Below are positions 1 to 10,363 of a stretch of 64,000 bases of DNA, in pieces; positions within the stretch are counted from its first letter, which is position 1; each line of letters opens with the position of its first letter. The stretch comes from a virus. The position numbers and the translations under genes were made by a program. The stretch lies in IMG/VR virus record IMGVR_UViG_3300033149_005152, positions 34,586 through 98,585 of that record; one strand, given 5' to 3'. Under the pieces are notes generated by a model. The model was not told the DNA's origin. It made no database searches and saw nothing but the letters and a program-made list of their open reading frames with translations.

Positions 1-1565
1 AAATTAACTGCTTTCTCCGTTGTCTTTTCATCTAACCCCTCAAACGGCTCATCCAAAATTAGAATATTAGGTTTAACTCCTATCCTATTTGCAGCTATAT
101 CAAGTAAAGCACAACCTACAGCTAAATCCTGGCATCGCCTTTCTCCACCAGATAATTTCTGGTACGTTCGCCTCTCAAAATCAGATACACACGTAAATCT
201 ACCATTTTCAGAAATTTCAAATTTTATATTTGGTTCACCCAGATCATTCAAATAACAATTAACAGTCGAATTAAAAGAAGGCAAATACTTCTCAATAAAC
301 AAAGTTCTTAATCCATATCTCCCAAATGTACTTACAGCAAAATCACCTATTTCCTTATTTTCCTGTACTTTAATCAATTGTTTCCTTTTACTCATTAATT
401 CCTTGTTTATCTCTTTAATTTTATCATTAAAGAACTCAATCTGCTTTCTAGGTTGTTCTTTCCTAATTTTATCTGCTTTATCAAGAAGAGCTATCTCAAA
501 AATAATACCATCCAACGTTGATGAAAGATAATCATATGCGATTAAAGCTTTATCCCTTTCAGCAATTACCTGCAATCTATATTTATCCACATTATCTTTC
601 TTTATCTTCTTAACATCACCTTTTTCTATCAACGCATCAATCTTAATTTTTTCCTTCTTCAAAAATGCTTTTTTCCATAGTTTGTCTATTTCCCTCTCAC
701 AGAAAGGGCAAATACTTTTTTCACCAACCTCAACCATTCTAAGTTTTCGTGCTTTTATTACCTTCTCGTTCTCTTCGATTTCTTCCAACAGAGAATAAAA
801 TTGTGAATCCAATCTAGATATATTATCTTCATGCCCTTTTAAAACCTTTTTTAAGTCTTCAACTTCTTTCTGTCTCTTATCCCTCTCTATCCCCAATGCT
901 TCCCTATTCTTTTTAACTTCCCTCAAACTTTCTTTAATTTCCTTTCGTATTAATCCTATTTGCTCTTTCAAATTTTCCTTTTCCTGTTCTAATCCTTGTA
1001 TTTCAAATTCTACATCCAATTTTCTCTGGGTACTTTCGGCTAAATATACTTTAGCTTTATCAAGAGCAGAATCAAATATATCTAAACCAATAACAGATTC
1101 AAATATATTTTTTTGTTCTGCATCAGCATAGCCAGAAAAATATTTTTCCACTCCCTGACCAAATACTATCGAATTACGAAATGTTTCAAAATTAAACGGC
1201 AACAATTTTCCAAGAAATTTCTCAGCTTCCGTATTAGTGTTAAAATGCATATATTCATCATCAAATATTACCTCTAAACCGTGATGATCTTTCATACCTC
1301 GTCCAACAGAAATATTACAATTTTTCTTATCCAACTCAAAAGATAAATCAACCTTACAATTTTTCTTTTCTACCCAATTTATAACATGATCTGCTTTTAT
1401 ACCCTTCAAAGTTTTTCGATATAAAGCAAAAGAAATAGCATCAAATATAGATGATTTTCCACTTCCCTTTTTGCCCATAATAAAAACCAAACCTTGGTTT
1501 TTAAGTTCAAAATCTAATTTTCTCCAACTCCTGAAATTCCGCAACCGGACTTCCCTTAAATACAT
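1..1565 (-). CDS. SbcC/Rad50/gp46-like recombination ATPase (3' end runs off the window)
   Basis: Not in the ORF track. Manual translation from ATG at 1565 gives MYLREVRLRNFRSW...GKKGSGKSSIFDAISFALY (Walker A), coiled coil with CPFC hook, LSGGE signature and LILDEPFEGLD Walker B/D-loop. Adjacent to an SbcD-like gene. Confidence 0.92.
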   Translation of the reverse strand, partial: MYLREVRLRNFRSWRKLDFELKNQGLVFIMGKKGSGKSSIFDAISFALYRKTLKGIKADHVINWVEKKNCKVDLSFELDKKNCNISVGRGMKDHHGLEVIFDDEYMHFNTNTEAEKFLGKLLPFNFETFRNSIVFGQGVEKYFSGYADAEQKNIFESVIGLDIFDSALDKAKVYLAESTQRKLDVEFEIQGLEQEKENLKEQIGLIRKEIKESLREVKKNREALGIERDKRQKEVEDLKKVLKGHEDNISRLDSQFYSLLEEIEENEKVIKARKLRMVEVGEKSICPFCEREIDKLWKKAFLKKEKIKIDALIEKGDVKKIKKDNVDKYRLQVIAERDKALIAYDYLSSTLDGIIFEIALLDKADKIRKEQPRKQIEFFNDKIKEINKELMSKRKQLIKVQENKEIGDFAVSTFGRYGLRTLFIEKYLPSFNSTVNCYLNDLGEPNIKFEISENGRFTCVSDFERRTYQKLSGGERRCQDLAVGCALLDIAANRIGVKPNILILDEPFEGLDEKTTEKAVN

Positions 1566-1575
1566 TTTATTCTCC

Positions 1576-2637
1576 CTAAATAAACTTTTTCATTATTTCA
1601 TAATACTCTTTCACCTTTTTTTCTTCAACATTGTGTCTTACATAATCTAACAAAATTTTACTAACGTCCATATTCCCATTCTTTAATTTTGAATTATTAT
1701 CAGGTAAATAAACAATCTTCACTTCGGGCTTCACAAATCTCGCTCCTAAAGACAAAAATTCATCTCTTACCAATTTCCAATTATCCCCCACTTTATACTG
1801 TAATTTTATAAAATTATTATTAATAAGTGAATATGCTTCAAAATTAGTCAACTTTTGATCGAAATCTATTGTTACAAATTTAGGAGCCTTCACTGGAATT
1901 TTTTTAATTTTCCATAACTTTGTATCAAAAAGAATAAAATATTTATCTATTCCTTCATCGCCCCAATTAAGTTGCAATGGAGAACCTATAAAATAACATT
2001 TATTTTTAATCTTCCTGAAATTATGAAAATGACCAAAAAAATTCCAACAATTCTTAGGGATTCTTCCAGCAGGCATTGATATATCAAAATAATGAAACCC
2101 TTCTACACCACAATGCCAAAAAACAACATCTACATCAAGTCTTTCTATCTTTTCAGCTATTTCTACTAACTTTTCACTACCATTCTTAATATAAGGAACA
2201 AATACCACTCTTAATTCTTCACCATTTTCACTACGAAGAAGCCAGGTTAAATTATTAATATCATCATCCTCCTCAATGGATTTTAATTGATCTGAATAAC
2301 TTAATCCTTTAAATTCTTTCCATAAATCAAATATAGAAGTATTCCCATAAAGACTTATATCATGATTTCCCACATTTACTAATAATCTATCCCATATATC
2401 ATGATTTGAAAGTAATTTACCCATAGTCATATCAACTAATTCAGTCCTTATAATACTCCTTTTATGAAATAAGTCGCCCCCAAAAATTATAAAATCAGCT
2501 TTATATTTTTCCTTACATTCAAATAACTGATCCAACACATTCATTGAATCAAGAAATCTAGTATTATCATTTTTTTCTCCATAACTACAATCCAACCAAT
2601 CATTAACGTGTAAATCAGAAAATATCAAAAGCTTCAT
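1576..2637 (-). CDS. SbcD/Mre11/gp47-like nuclease (metallophosphoesterase)
   Basis: SDLH, GGDLFH, GNHD, GHFH and GSPLQLNWGD motifs; paired with the SbcC-like gene. Confidence 0.92.
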   Translation of the reverse strand: MKLLIFSDLHVNDWLDCSYGEKNDNTRFLDSMNVLDQLFECKEKYKADFIIFGGDLFHKRSIIRTELVDMTMGKLLSNHDIWDRLLVNVGNHDISLYGNTSIFDLWKEFKGLSYSDQLKSIEEDDDINNLTWLLRSENGEELRVVFVPYIKNGSEKLVEIAEKIERLDVDVVFWHCGVEGFHYFDISMPAGRIPKNCWNFFGHFHNFRKIKNKCYFIGSPLQLNWGDEGIDKYFILFDTKLWKIKKIPVKAPKFVTIDFDQKLTNFEAYSLINNNFIKLQYKVGDNWKLVRDEFLSLGARFVKPEVKIVYLPDNNSKLKNGNMDVSKILLDYVRHNVEEKKVKEYYEIMKKFI

Positions 2638-3209
2638 TTTTCTTCCTCTAGTTCCATAACATTATTCTCTAACCTATATCCTCTAGCATTTAACTCATCC
2701 TCCCAATTTTTTAATTCATTTTTCCAACCATTTAATTCATTTTTCCAACCTTCTAATTTATTTTCCTTATTCTCTAACTTATATTCTTTATCATTTAATT
2801 TTTTTTCTCTATTATTTAGTCTGTTTTCCCAATCAATCAAGACATCTTTTCTATCATTTAGTAATTTTTCTCTATTCTTTATATCATCTTCCTTATTTTT
2901 AACTTCATCTTTCTCATTTTTCACTACCTCTATATCATCACAAAAGCGCATCACTTTTTCCAAGGATAAATCTGTTTTCCTTATTGCATCACACAATACA
3001 TTATACAACACGTTCCCGTGATACAATACACTCCCCTGGTATTCACCATCTCCTATCTTAATATACCACGTATCCCCAATTATATAACAATAAATCTTAA
3101 AACCATATTCCACCTCAGTTTTTTCATCAATTTGTTTATTAATCTCTTCTCTACTTTTACGTGCATCAGATTTTGTTTTTCTCATTAATCTTCTCCTCAA
3201 TTTTCCCAT
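2634..3209 (-). CDS. hypothetical protein with C-terminal heptad-repeat coiled coil
   Basis: ORF with ATGA overlap to the next gene; 7-aa repeats (NELNGWK-like, 21-bp period near 2700-2760). Confidence 0.65.
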   Translation of the reverse strand: MGKLRRRLMRKTKSDARKSREEINKQIDEKTEVEYGFKIYCYIIGDTWYIKIGDGEYQGSVLYHGNVLYNVLCDAIRKTDLSLEKVMRFCDDIEVVKNEKDEVKNKEDDIKNREKLLNDRKDVLIDWENRLNNREKKLNDKEYKLENKENKLEGWKNELNGWKNELKNWEDELNARGYRLENNVMELEEEK

Positions 3210-4269
3210 AAGATTTAATAAATCCTCTTTTTATTGCCTCAGTCAATAACAAATCCCTAAACTTATCACAACCGCCCTTTTTTTCTACAAAATCTTTCCA
3301 CTTTACTTTTCCTATTTTATCATTTTTATAAATAAAACTCCTTCCTTCTTCCCTTATGTATCCTATTTTTAATGCACCATCATACAAATCTTCAAATTTA
3401 TCTATACCACTTTTAAACAACAAACCAAATTGACTTTTTTCTTCAGGAGCCGCCATATCATTCTTTTCAATCCTAGTCCTTATAATTCTTCCCAACACTT
3501 TTCCATTTTCCTCTATTTTAGAACTTTTTGCTAATGATATTCTTACTGAAGTATGATATTTAGGAGATTCTCCCCCAGAAGATTCCAAATCAGCATCAAA
3601 CCGTGCTTGCCATCCTGTTTTTTTGAAATCATGCTTAACTTGATTTAATAAAACTACCAATATTTTTTGTTCGGCTACTTGTCTCACAAACTTCTTAAAT
3701 GCCCTTGACAAAGCTCTCGCTTGGTTTCCAGGTAAATTATCTTCATAGCCACCAGCTAAATCAGCTATGGTAGCCGCACCACCAATAGAATCTATTACTA
3801 TTGTCATTGGTGTTTTATAATCATGAACTGCCCTAATTGTTTGAATTAAATCAGCACACACCTTAAATGCAGTTTCTAAAGTATCAGGCTGTAACAAAAA
3901 CAATTCTTTGCCAAAATTAAACAATCCCATCATCCTATCACGATCTATCTTATGTTCTATCTCGCAAAGAACCGGAATACCTTCTTTCCTTTTTGTCTCA
4001 TGTAAAATATGATAACCTAAAGTTGATTTAGCAGCTTGATTTTTACCCATAATCTCAACAATTCTACCTACGGGCAAACCAGGACGCCCTATAGTCAAAT
4101 CTAAACACAATGATTGCGTTGAAATACCGTATGGAACATAAGACAAAAATGTTCTGTCATCGTCCATCCTAGTTACTGTAAATTCTCCATATTTTTTCTT
4201 TAATTCTTTAACGATAGATTCCTTATCCAATAAAAGATCAACTTGATCAGAATGGAATATCGTCTTCAT
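3166..4269 (-). CDS. recA: RecA/UvsX-like recombinase
   Basis: GLPVGRIVEIMG, variant P-loop GKNQAAKST, IVIDSIG Walker B, QARALS, LLNQ, GG..PKYHTSVRI, KN..AAP. Likely start MKTIFH at 4269 rather than 4314. Confidence 0.9.
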   Translation of the reverse strand: MKTIFHSDQVDLLLDKESIVKELKKKYGEFTVTRMDDDRTFLSYVPYGISTQSLCLDLTIGRPGLPVGRIVEIMGKNQAAKSTLGYHILHETKRKEGIPVLCEIEHKIDRDRMMGLFNFGKELFLLQPDTLETAFKVCADLIQTIRAVHDYKTPMTIVIDSIGGAATIADLAGGYEDNLPGNQARALSRAFKKFVRQVAEQKILVVLLNQVKHDFKKTGWQARFDADLESSGGESPKYHTSVRISLAKSSKIEENGKVLGRIIRTRIEKNDMAAPEEKSQFGLLFKSGIDKFEDLYDGALKIGYIREEGRSFIYKNDKIGKVKWKDFVEKKGGCDKFRDLLLTEAIKRGFIKSYGKIEEKINEKNKI

Positions 4270-5065
4270 CTTCCCATCTTTTTTCCCATTCTTCTTCATC
4301 TTCTTCATCATCATCCTCCAATTTCATTTCCTCCTCATCTTCCCATTCCTTTTCATCTTCTTCTTCATCATCAACCAAACTCATATCGTAAATCCCTAAT
4401 ATTTTCTTTTGTTCTTTCTCATCTACCATAGTTACAATTTTATCCAAATCATGTAATTCAGTAAGAAATGAAAGAGGAATAGCTGAAGGATTTTTTTCTA
4501 ACCGCACATCCTTATATTTGGCCCCTATAGTACCAGGATTTACACATCTAAATTTCAAATTGTATCCCTCTTTTGGGTCTGTAAAATCCCCATAATCATT
4601 GTCGTTGTAGAATGAAAATAATGATGATATAATAGTTTCAGGACATTTAAAAATACGTGGCCCTAATTGAATTGTTTCCTTTGAAGTCATATCCAAAACA
4701 TTTACCCAATAACAAACCCGCAACTTTAAACGGTCAACCAGCCTCGTAGCACGTGGCGTCCCCTTAAGACATAATCTCTCGACAAAAGCACCTATTAAAT
4801 CTCTTCCAACAGGTTTAACAAATCCTCTTTTTTCTATAAAATAACATTCTTCTTCCTTTATAAAACTACCATTCTTCTTCCACGAAGGTAATATGCGAAT
4901 TAAATTTAATTCTTTTGGTTTATACCTTATAGATAATCTTTTTTCCAAAGAAATCCGTTGTTTTTGTATAACATCTTTATTTGGACGATACCACACATTT
5001 GATTTTGCGTTTGATTTTGTGTTTGGCTTTACACTTGACTTTCGCCTTTTTATTTTTACTGACAT
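4247..5065 (-). CDS. single-stranded DNA-binding protein (gp32-like)
   Basis: IRILP and YGDFTDPKEGYNLK motifs, acidic tail ending DDIPF, located between Pol and RecA. Confidence 0.75.
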   Translation of the reverse strand: MSVKIKRRKSSVKPNTKSNAKSNVWYRPNKDVIQKQRISLEKRLSIRYKPKELNLIRILPSWKKNGSFIKEEECYFIEKRGFVKPVGRDLIGAFVERLCLKGTPRATRLVDRLKLRVCYWVNVLDMTSKETIQLGPRIFKCPETIISSLFSFYNDNDYGDFTDPKEGYNLKFRCVNPGTIGAKYKDVRLEKNPSAIPLSFLTELHDLDKIVTMVDEKEQKKILGIYDMSLVDDEEEDEKEWEDEEEMKLEDDDEEDEEEWEKRWEDEDDIPF

Positions 5066-5324
5066 TTTTTTCCTCCAATTTTCTTTTAACGCAATATTTT
5101 ATACAATCCCTCAACTTTTCGGAATCATATCCACCCAATTTACATAAAACCTCAAAATCAGTTAATTTCTTTCTACCTTTAACAAATATCCAATTTTGAG
5201 CACTAATATATTCATTACTAGCTAAATTTAATTCCGACAAATTAACAAAATCCTGAATAGCTCTCAATATAACCTTGTCTAACAAATATACAGCCTTATA
5301 TTTGTCAACTTGTTCATTTTCCAT
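4977..5324 (-). CDS. hypothetical protein
   Basis: ORF in operon context. Confidence 0.55.
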   Translation of the reverse strand: MENEQVDKYKAVYLLDKVILRAIQDFVNLSELNLASNEYISAQNWIFVKGRKKLTDFEVLCKLGGYDSEKLRDCIKYCVKRKLEEKNVSKNKKAKVKCKAKHKIKRKIKCVVSSK

Positions 5325-5325
5325 C

Positions 5326-7806
5326 TTAATCTCGCACCTTCACCTTTTTTGCATTTCTTTCCGCTATAGACCAATTTTCTCCCTCCCCAATCTCAAATAA
5401 AAATTTATGATTGCCCAATTCAGGAATAGATTTCCCCATTTTCTCAATCATAATATCCCTAACTTCTTCAACCAATTCAACAGGAGTTTCCACCATTAAC
5501 GAATCATAAACGATATTAACAGGATATGGAATTTCCATAAGGGACCTAGAAGTTAATTTTCCATTTGCAAACCTCCTTTCAAATTCATGAACTATATTAT
5601 AATTAGCATCTTTTGTAACCTCAACAGCACAATGTTGAGGCAAAATATTTAATACCTGATTTCTCTGATGGAAATCTTTAATATTAAAATCAGGAAATCT
5701 CCTTTTATACCCAAAAGGAGTTACTACATACCCATTCTTTTTAACCTTCTTTAAAAGATTAGTCTGAAAATCGGGTATCTTAGGATAATGGGAATAAATT
5801 CTATCCTTAATTTCTGAAACCTTTTCAACATCTATCCCCAAACTACGAGCCATACCTGCATCCGTGCTACCATAAATAAGTCCAAAATTAACTATTTTAG
5901 CATCCCTCCTTATTTTCTTTAACTTATTATAAATATATATCTTTTTCTTATCGTTCTCATCCAACTTTTTAAATTTGTCAGTAGCACTTATTCTTTTTAA
6001 TTTCAAATATTCTTCATCATAAATAGCTATTGCCGTTTCATGATGAGCATCCCCTTCCCCCCCATACAAATTCTGAATTATTTTCTCTTCACCGCAAAGG
6101 ACACCCAAAATAAAAATCTCTATCTGACTATAATCAGCAACTATAAAAGTATATCCTTCTTTTGCCACAAATAAAGACCGAATTGAAATAGACTCTTTCT
6201 CATCCCCTAAATCAATTTCCCCATCAGCAGGAATGTTCATAATATTAGGATCACTTGAAGAAGGTCTCAATGTAATAGTACCAATATCGTTAATATTGGT
6301 ATGAATCCTACCATCAGGAGTCTTTGAAAATTCAATTAATGCTTTTATATCCTTCGTCAACAATTTGTTTATACGTTTATATTTTGAAATGTAAGAAACA
6401 ACGGGGTGCTCATCCATTAATGCATTCAAAACCTCTTTATCCGTTGAAGGAGCACCTTTTTTCGTATATTTAACCTCAGTCAAATCAAGATCATCAAATA
6501 ACAATTTCCTTACTTGTAGATGTGAATTTGGATTAAATTCGTCATCACCAGTTTCTAACTTTATTTTATTTAAAAAACCATCTTCCGCCCTTTTCAATTT
6601 CCTTTGCACATTTTTAACCTGGGATAAATTTATTCCTATTCCTCTCAATTCCATCTTCAAAGATACAAGTAAATTTCTCTGCATCCTTTTCTGAAAATAG
6701 GGCCAAACTTTTTCAGTTCTCATTTTAGAAACTATTTTTGGAAATATCCTCGCTAATGCATCAACATCACTTGCACCATAATTTATTAAAATATCCTTCG
6801 GTGCTTCAACCATTTTCTTTTTATACGCCTCGACAGGAAGCCAATAAAAACCCATCTCAGGAGCAAATAAAGAAACCAATGTATCTAAATCACGACTTCC
6901 ACTTGTATTTTCATCAGTTAAATAATACATGGACAAAGTATCAAAAAACTCTCTTAAAGAAAATACATCAAAACCATTCTGGTATAAAAATCTTAAATCA
7001 AACTTAATATTTTGGCCTACAAGTTTATTTTTACTAATCAATTTATTAATCAATCTTATTAAAGTCGGATTAATTCCCAACCTATAAACAGGATAAATAT
7101 ATCCCACTCCCGATTTTTTAGTAAATTGAATAGACAATATTCCATTATCCCAATAAGTTAATCCGGTAGTTTCTAAATCAAAAAACAAAAATTCATTCCT
7201 TTGAGTCAATTCAGTAACTATTCTATTTAATTCTTTATTACTTTTTATCAAAATAGGTTTAGTAACAACAGAGGGTATTATTTTTTCTCCCAAATAAACC
7301 TTATAAGCAAATTTTAAATCCTCATACATCAGATCAACTTGATAAGGTTGACGTGCGGCAGGATGATATGTAGCAATAAGTTTAGCACCCATATATTCAT
7401 ATATCTGCCCTCTTGAATTCTTAATTTCTGCTTTACGTGTAAAAACTTTTAAAGCGCAAGCTCCTAATGCAATAATTAATTTAGGTTTTATTTTATTTAT
7501 AACAAAATCTAAATATGGTTTACACTGTTTACACACTTCATCATCCGGTTTTTCATTTCTCACATTGTAACACTTCACCACATTATCAAAAAATAATTCA
7601 GAAATATTAAAACCAGCTTTTTTTAATCCAGCCCTTATTCTTCCACCAGCTTGTCCATCAGGATGAAACGGTATATTATGTTCAGCCTCATTTGCACCAG
7701 GATTTTGACCCACCACCATCACCTCAGCATGAATATTCCCTTTTCCCCAAACAGCCTTATTGAATTCATATTGACAATCATGACAATATTTTCTTAACTT
7801 TTTCAT
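5326..7806 (-). CDS. polA: family A DNA polymerase with N-terminal family-4 uracil-DNA glycosylase domain and 3'-5' exonuclease
   Basis: UDG: CxxC, VGQNPG, NVVKC, TYHPAA. Exo: FDLETTG, GQNIKFD, YGASD. Pol: SSSDPNIMNIP, ADYSQIE, RRDAKIVNFGLIYG, VYDS. Confidence 0.95.
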   Translation of the reverse strand: MKKLRKYCHDCQYEFNKAVWGKGNIHAEVMVVGQNPGANEAEHNIPFHPDGQAGGRIRAGLKKAGFNISELFFDNVVKCYNVRNEKPDDEVCKQCKPYLDFVINKIKPKLIIALGACALKVFTRKAEIKNSRGQIYEYMGAKLIATYHPAARQPYQVDLMYEDLKFAYKVYLGEKIIPSVVTKPILIKSNKELNRIVTELTQRNEFLFFDLETTGLTYWDNGILSIQFTKKSGVGYIYPVYRLGINPTLIRLINKLISKNKLVGQNIKFDLRFLYQNGFDVFSLREFFDTLSMYYLTDENTSGSRDLDTLVSLFAPEMGFYWLPVEAYKKKMVEAPKDILINYGASDVDALARIFPKIVSKMRTEKVWPYFQKRMQRNLLVSLKMELRGIGINLSQVKNVQRKLKRAEDGFLNKIKLETGDDEFNPNSHLQVRKLLFDDLDLTEVKYTKKGAPSTDKEVLNALMDEHPVVSYISKYKRINKLLTKDIKALIEFSKTPDGRIHTNINDIGTITLRPSSSDPNIMNIPADGEIDLGDEKESISIRSLFVAKEGYTFIVADYSQIEIFILGVLCGEEKIIQNLYGGEGDAHHETAIAIYDEEYLKLKRISATDKFKKLDENDKKKIYIYNKLKKIRRDAKIVNFGLIYGSTDAGMARSLGIDVEKVSEIKDRIYSHYPKIPDFQTNLLKKVKKNGYVVTPFGYKRRFPDFNIKDFHQRNQVLNILPQHCAVEVTKDANYNIVHEFERRFANGKLTSRSLMEIPYPVNIVYDSLMVETPVELVEEVRDIMIEKMGKSIPELGNHKFLFEIGEGENWSIAERNAKKVKVRD

Positions 7807-8042
7807 TTATTTTTTCCTAATCTAGAATGAGTCAATTCATGAGGAGATAAAGCCGAAAGATAGACGTGCCCATTAGTCATAATTATAACAGACATAGTAG
7901 GTTGATCTCTAGAACATGAATAAAGTATATTTTCTTTTCTTGCTTGTTTTATAACTCTCTTAATTGGATTACTATTAGGTTCTAAAATAGATTCTATACT
8001 ACTTATTTTCAAATGACAATCATATCCTATATTGACCATCAT
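7803..8042 (-). CDS. RemA/DUF370-family DNA-binding regulator homologue
   Basis: VNIGY...I..I.EPNSNPIKRVIKQAR...T.SVIIMTNGHVYLSALSP matches the RemA/DUF370 pattern over its full length (by eye). Confidence 0.8.
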   Translation of the reverse strand: MMVNIGYDCHLKISSIESILEPNSNPIKRVIKQARKENILYSCSRDQPTMSVIIMTNGHVYLSALSPHELTHSRLGKNK

Positions 8043-8098
8043 AATCCCCTCCTAATCAAATCCCAAAAATCTCAAAATCTTCCTTCCTTATCACATCC

Positions 8099-8941
8099 TT
8101 ATATGGGAGAAAATCCATCCCAAAACTCAGTTGATTTTATTTTTCTTCTTAAATCGTCATATTCCCAATCATCAGGTTGCGGACGTTCTTTTGATAACTT
8201 TATTACTTTTACCTTAAACTGCTTAAACAATTTCCTCGCCGCTTTATAAGTTTCCTTTTCAGCACCATAATCCCATAACAAAACTATTTCATCAAATCCT
8301 TTATTCACCAATTTCTTTATTTGAATATCAGATAATGAACATCCAAAACTTGCCATAAATCCAAATTGAATAGCAGGAAATACTCCCTCCACTATCACAC
8401 CCAGATCATTTCTTTGATTATCTATATTATAGATATAATGACTCACTTGAGAATTTTTTGAAAATAAATATTTTGTTTTCCGTTTCCCACTCAAATCTCT
8501 GGCTACAAAAAAAACCATATTTCCTTTATCATAAATGGGAACTATCACCATATCTATATAATTACCACCATAACAATATAAAATATTCCTACTTTCTATT
8601 TCTTCTCTTGAAATGTTCCTATTCTCTAAATATTTTAAAGCTCTCCTACTTTTTAAAGCAGATACAACAAAATCCAACTTTAAATCATCTATACCTTCTT
8701 GTTTTGCTATATTTTTAAATATAGAAACTTGATCTATCTGTTTTATTAATCCTAAACTTCTCATCAATTCCATAAAAGAAATTTTTTCCTTACACCTTTG
8801 ACAATAACCTACTTTTTTATAAATATTAAAATATAAATGTTTGGGCTTATTACATTTAGGGCAAGTTAATATAATTTCTCCATGCGAATTAGGAAATGAA
8901 ACATCTATTCCCCTTTTTTGTAACAATTCAACCAAATTCAT
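8099..8941 (-). CDS. DNA primase (Zn-finger + TOPRIM)
   Basis: CPKC...CQRC zinc ribbon, IVEG and WD..A TOPRIM motifs; next to the helicase. Confidence 0.85.
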   Translation of the reverse strand: MNLVELLQKRGIDVSFPNSHGEIILTCPKCNKPKHLYFNIYKKVGYCQRCKEKISFMELMRSLGLIKQIDQVSIFKNIAKQEGIDDLKLDFVVSALKSRRALKYLENRNISREEIESRNILYCYGGNYIDMVIVPIYDKGNMVFFVARDLSGKRKTKYLFSKNSQVSHYIYNIDNQRNDLGVIVEGVFPAIQFGFMASFGCSLSDIQIKKLVNKGFDEIVLLWDYGAEKETYKAARKLFKQFKVKVIKLSKERPQPDDWEYDDLRRKIKSTEFWDGFSPI

Positions 8942-10274
8942 TTCTTATCCTTCGGGATAATTTTCTATAAAATTGCCCTTTCACAAAATTAGTATAAATA
9001 GGAATCTGTATACCTGCCCTCTCATTTCTATTTTTACCAAGATATATCCTTATTTTACTTTCTTTTTCCTCGTCCTTCGTTTGATTCAAAGAAATCATTA
9101 CGTCAGCTATCGCCGGTTTTAAACGACTTGCTCCACAATCACCCATAGTTAATATTTCCTTATCCTCTGTTCCACTTTTAGTCCATGCGGCAGTCCATAC
9201 AGCAGAATTATATTTTTGACCAAATCCCTTTAATTCTTGATAAATATCACCTTGTTCCCTATGAATAGAATAAGCATCAGAAAATCCCCGTGAACTCATG
9301 GACATCATTAAATCAGCAGAATCTATTACAATTAAATCCGGACTAAAACCTTTAGACTTCAATGATCTAATAATTTCATCCATATTTTTAACAGAAAATC
9401 CGGTAGGATATGAACTTATTATCAAATTACCATTATATACTTTTGAAAACCTATCTATTTTTTTTGAAAATAATCCCTGTTCACTAATTAATTCATTAAT
9501 TTTCACGCCAGTAAACGCAGAATCCATTCTCATCGCAATAACGTCATAAGGCATTTCCAAGGTTATAAACCAAACTTTTAAATTTTGTAATATTCCTGCT
9601 TTTGCAACATGAACGAGAAAAAAGGTCTTTCCTACATTTGGATGAGCCAATACAAAACCCAATTCTCCTCTTGCTAAACCATTCAACAACAAACATTGAT
9701 CCAATTCTGTAATCAACGTACGAATAGCTCTTATTGGATTTTTTAATCTACGAACCATACGTTGTTTTATATCTTCAAAGTAATCATAATCTTCAGATCT
9801 AATCATAGCTATCCTAAAAGAATTATAGAAATGATTCTCTAATTCATCTATATCTTCATTAGTTAAATCTTCTATTCGACCGCTGAGTAATTGACCCGCA
9901 TTATAAATAGAATTACGAATTGCTTGAATTCTAATCCATAACAAAATTCTATCATTAATATACTTTTCTTCAAATTCAGAGACAGGATTAGAAATTCTTC
10001 TAAAAATTTTAAGCCACATCTCTTTATCTTCAATAGTATCTACTCGATCAAGAAATTTAGATTTTAGTATCTTCCAATCGGGATAAATACCATATTGTTT
10101 ACTAAGAGATGTCGCTTCTTCAAATATTATACCCAATTCTCCAACAGAAAAAAAATCTTTTGTTATATATATATTTATAGGTAAATTAACCTTATTCTTC
10201 AAAATTAAATTTATAAACTTATACTCATAATCAGATGTAAGTTCCAAATCACTTCGTCCTCCCTTAAAGAACAA
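8928..10274 (-). CDS. DnaB-like replicative helicase
   Basis: AHPNVGKT Walker A, ITLEM, LIVIDSADLM, KNR arginine finger. Confidence 0.9.
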   Translation of the reverse strand: MFFKGGRSDLELTSDYEYKFINLILKNKVNLPINIYITKDFFSVGELGIIFEEATSLSKQYGIYPDWKILKSKFLDRVDTIEDKEMWLKIFRRISNPVSEFEEKYINDRILLWIRIQAIRNSIYNAGQLLSGRIEDLTNEDIDELENHFYNSFRIAMIRSEDYDYFEDIKQRMVRRLKNPIRAIRTLITELDQCLLLNGLARGELGFVLAHPNVGKTFFLVHVAKAGILQNLKVWFITLEMPYDVIAMRMDSAFTGVKINELISEQGLFSKKIDRFSKVYNGNLIISSYPTGFSVKNMDEIIRSLKSKGFSPDLIVIDSADLMMSMSSRGFSDAYSIHREQGDIYQELKGFGQKYNSAVWTAAWTKSGTEDKEILTMGDCGASRLKPAIADVMISLNQTKDEEKESKIRIYLGKNRNERAGIQIPIYTNFVKGQFYRKLSRRIRNEFG

Positions 10275-10363
10275 ATGATACTGTCTCCCTTTCTTCGATC
10301 CTAAATCCTTTTTCCGTGCTTTCCAAACATAATTTGTAACTTATTTCTCATAATTACCACCTT

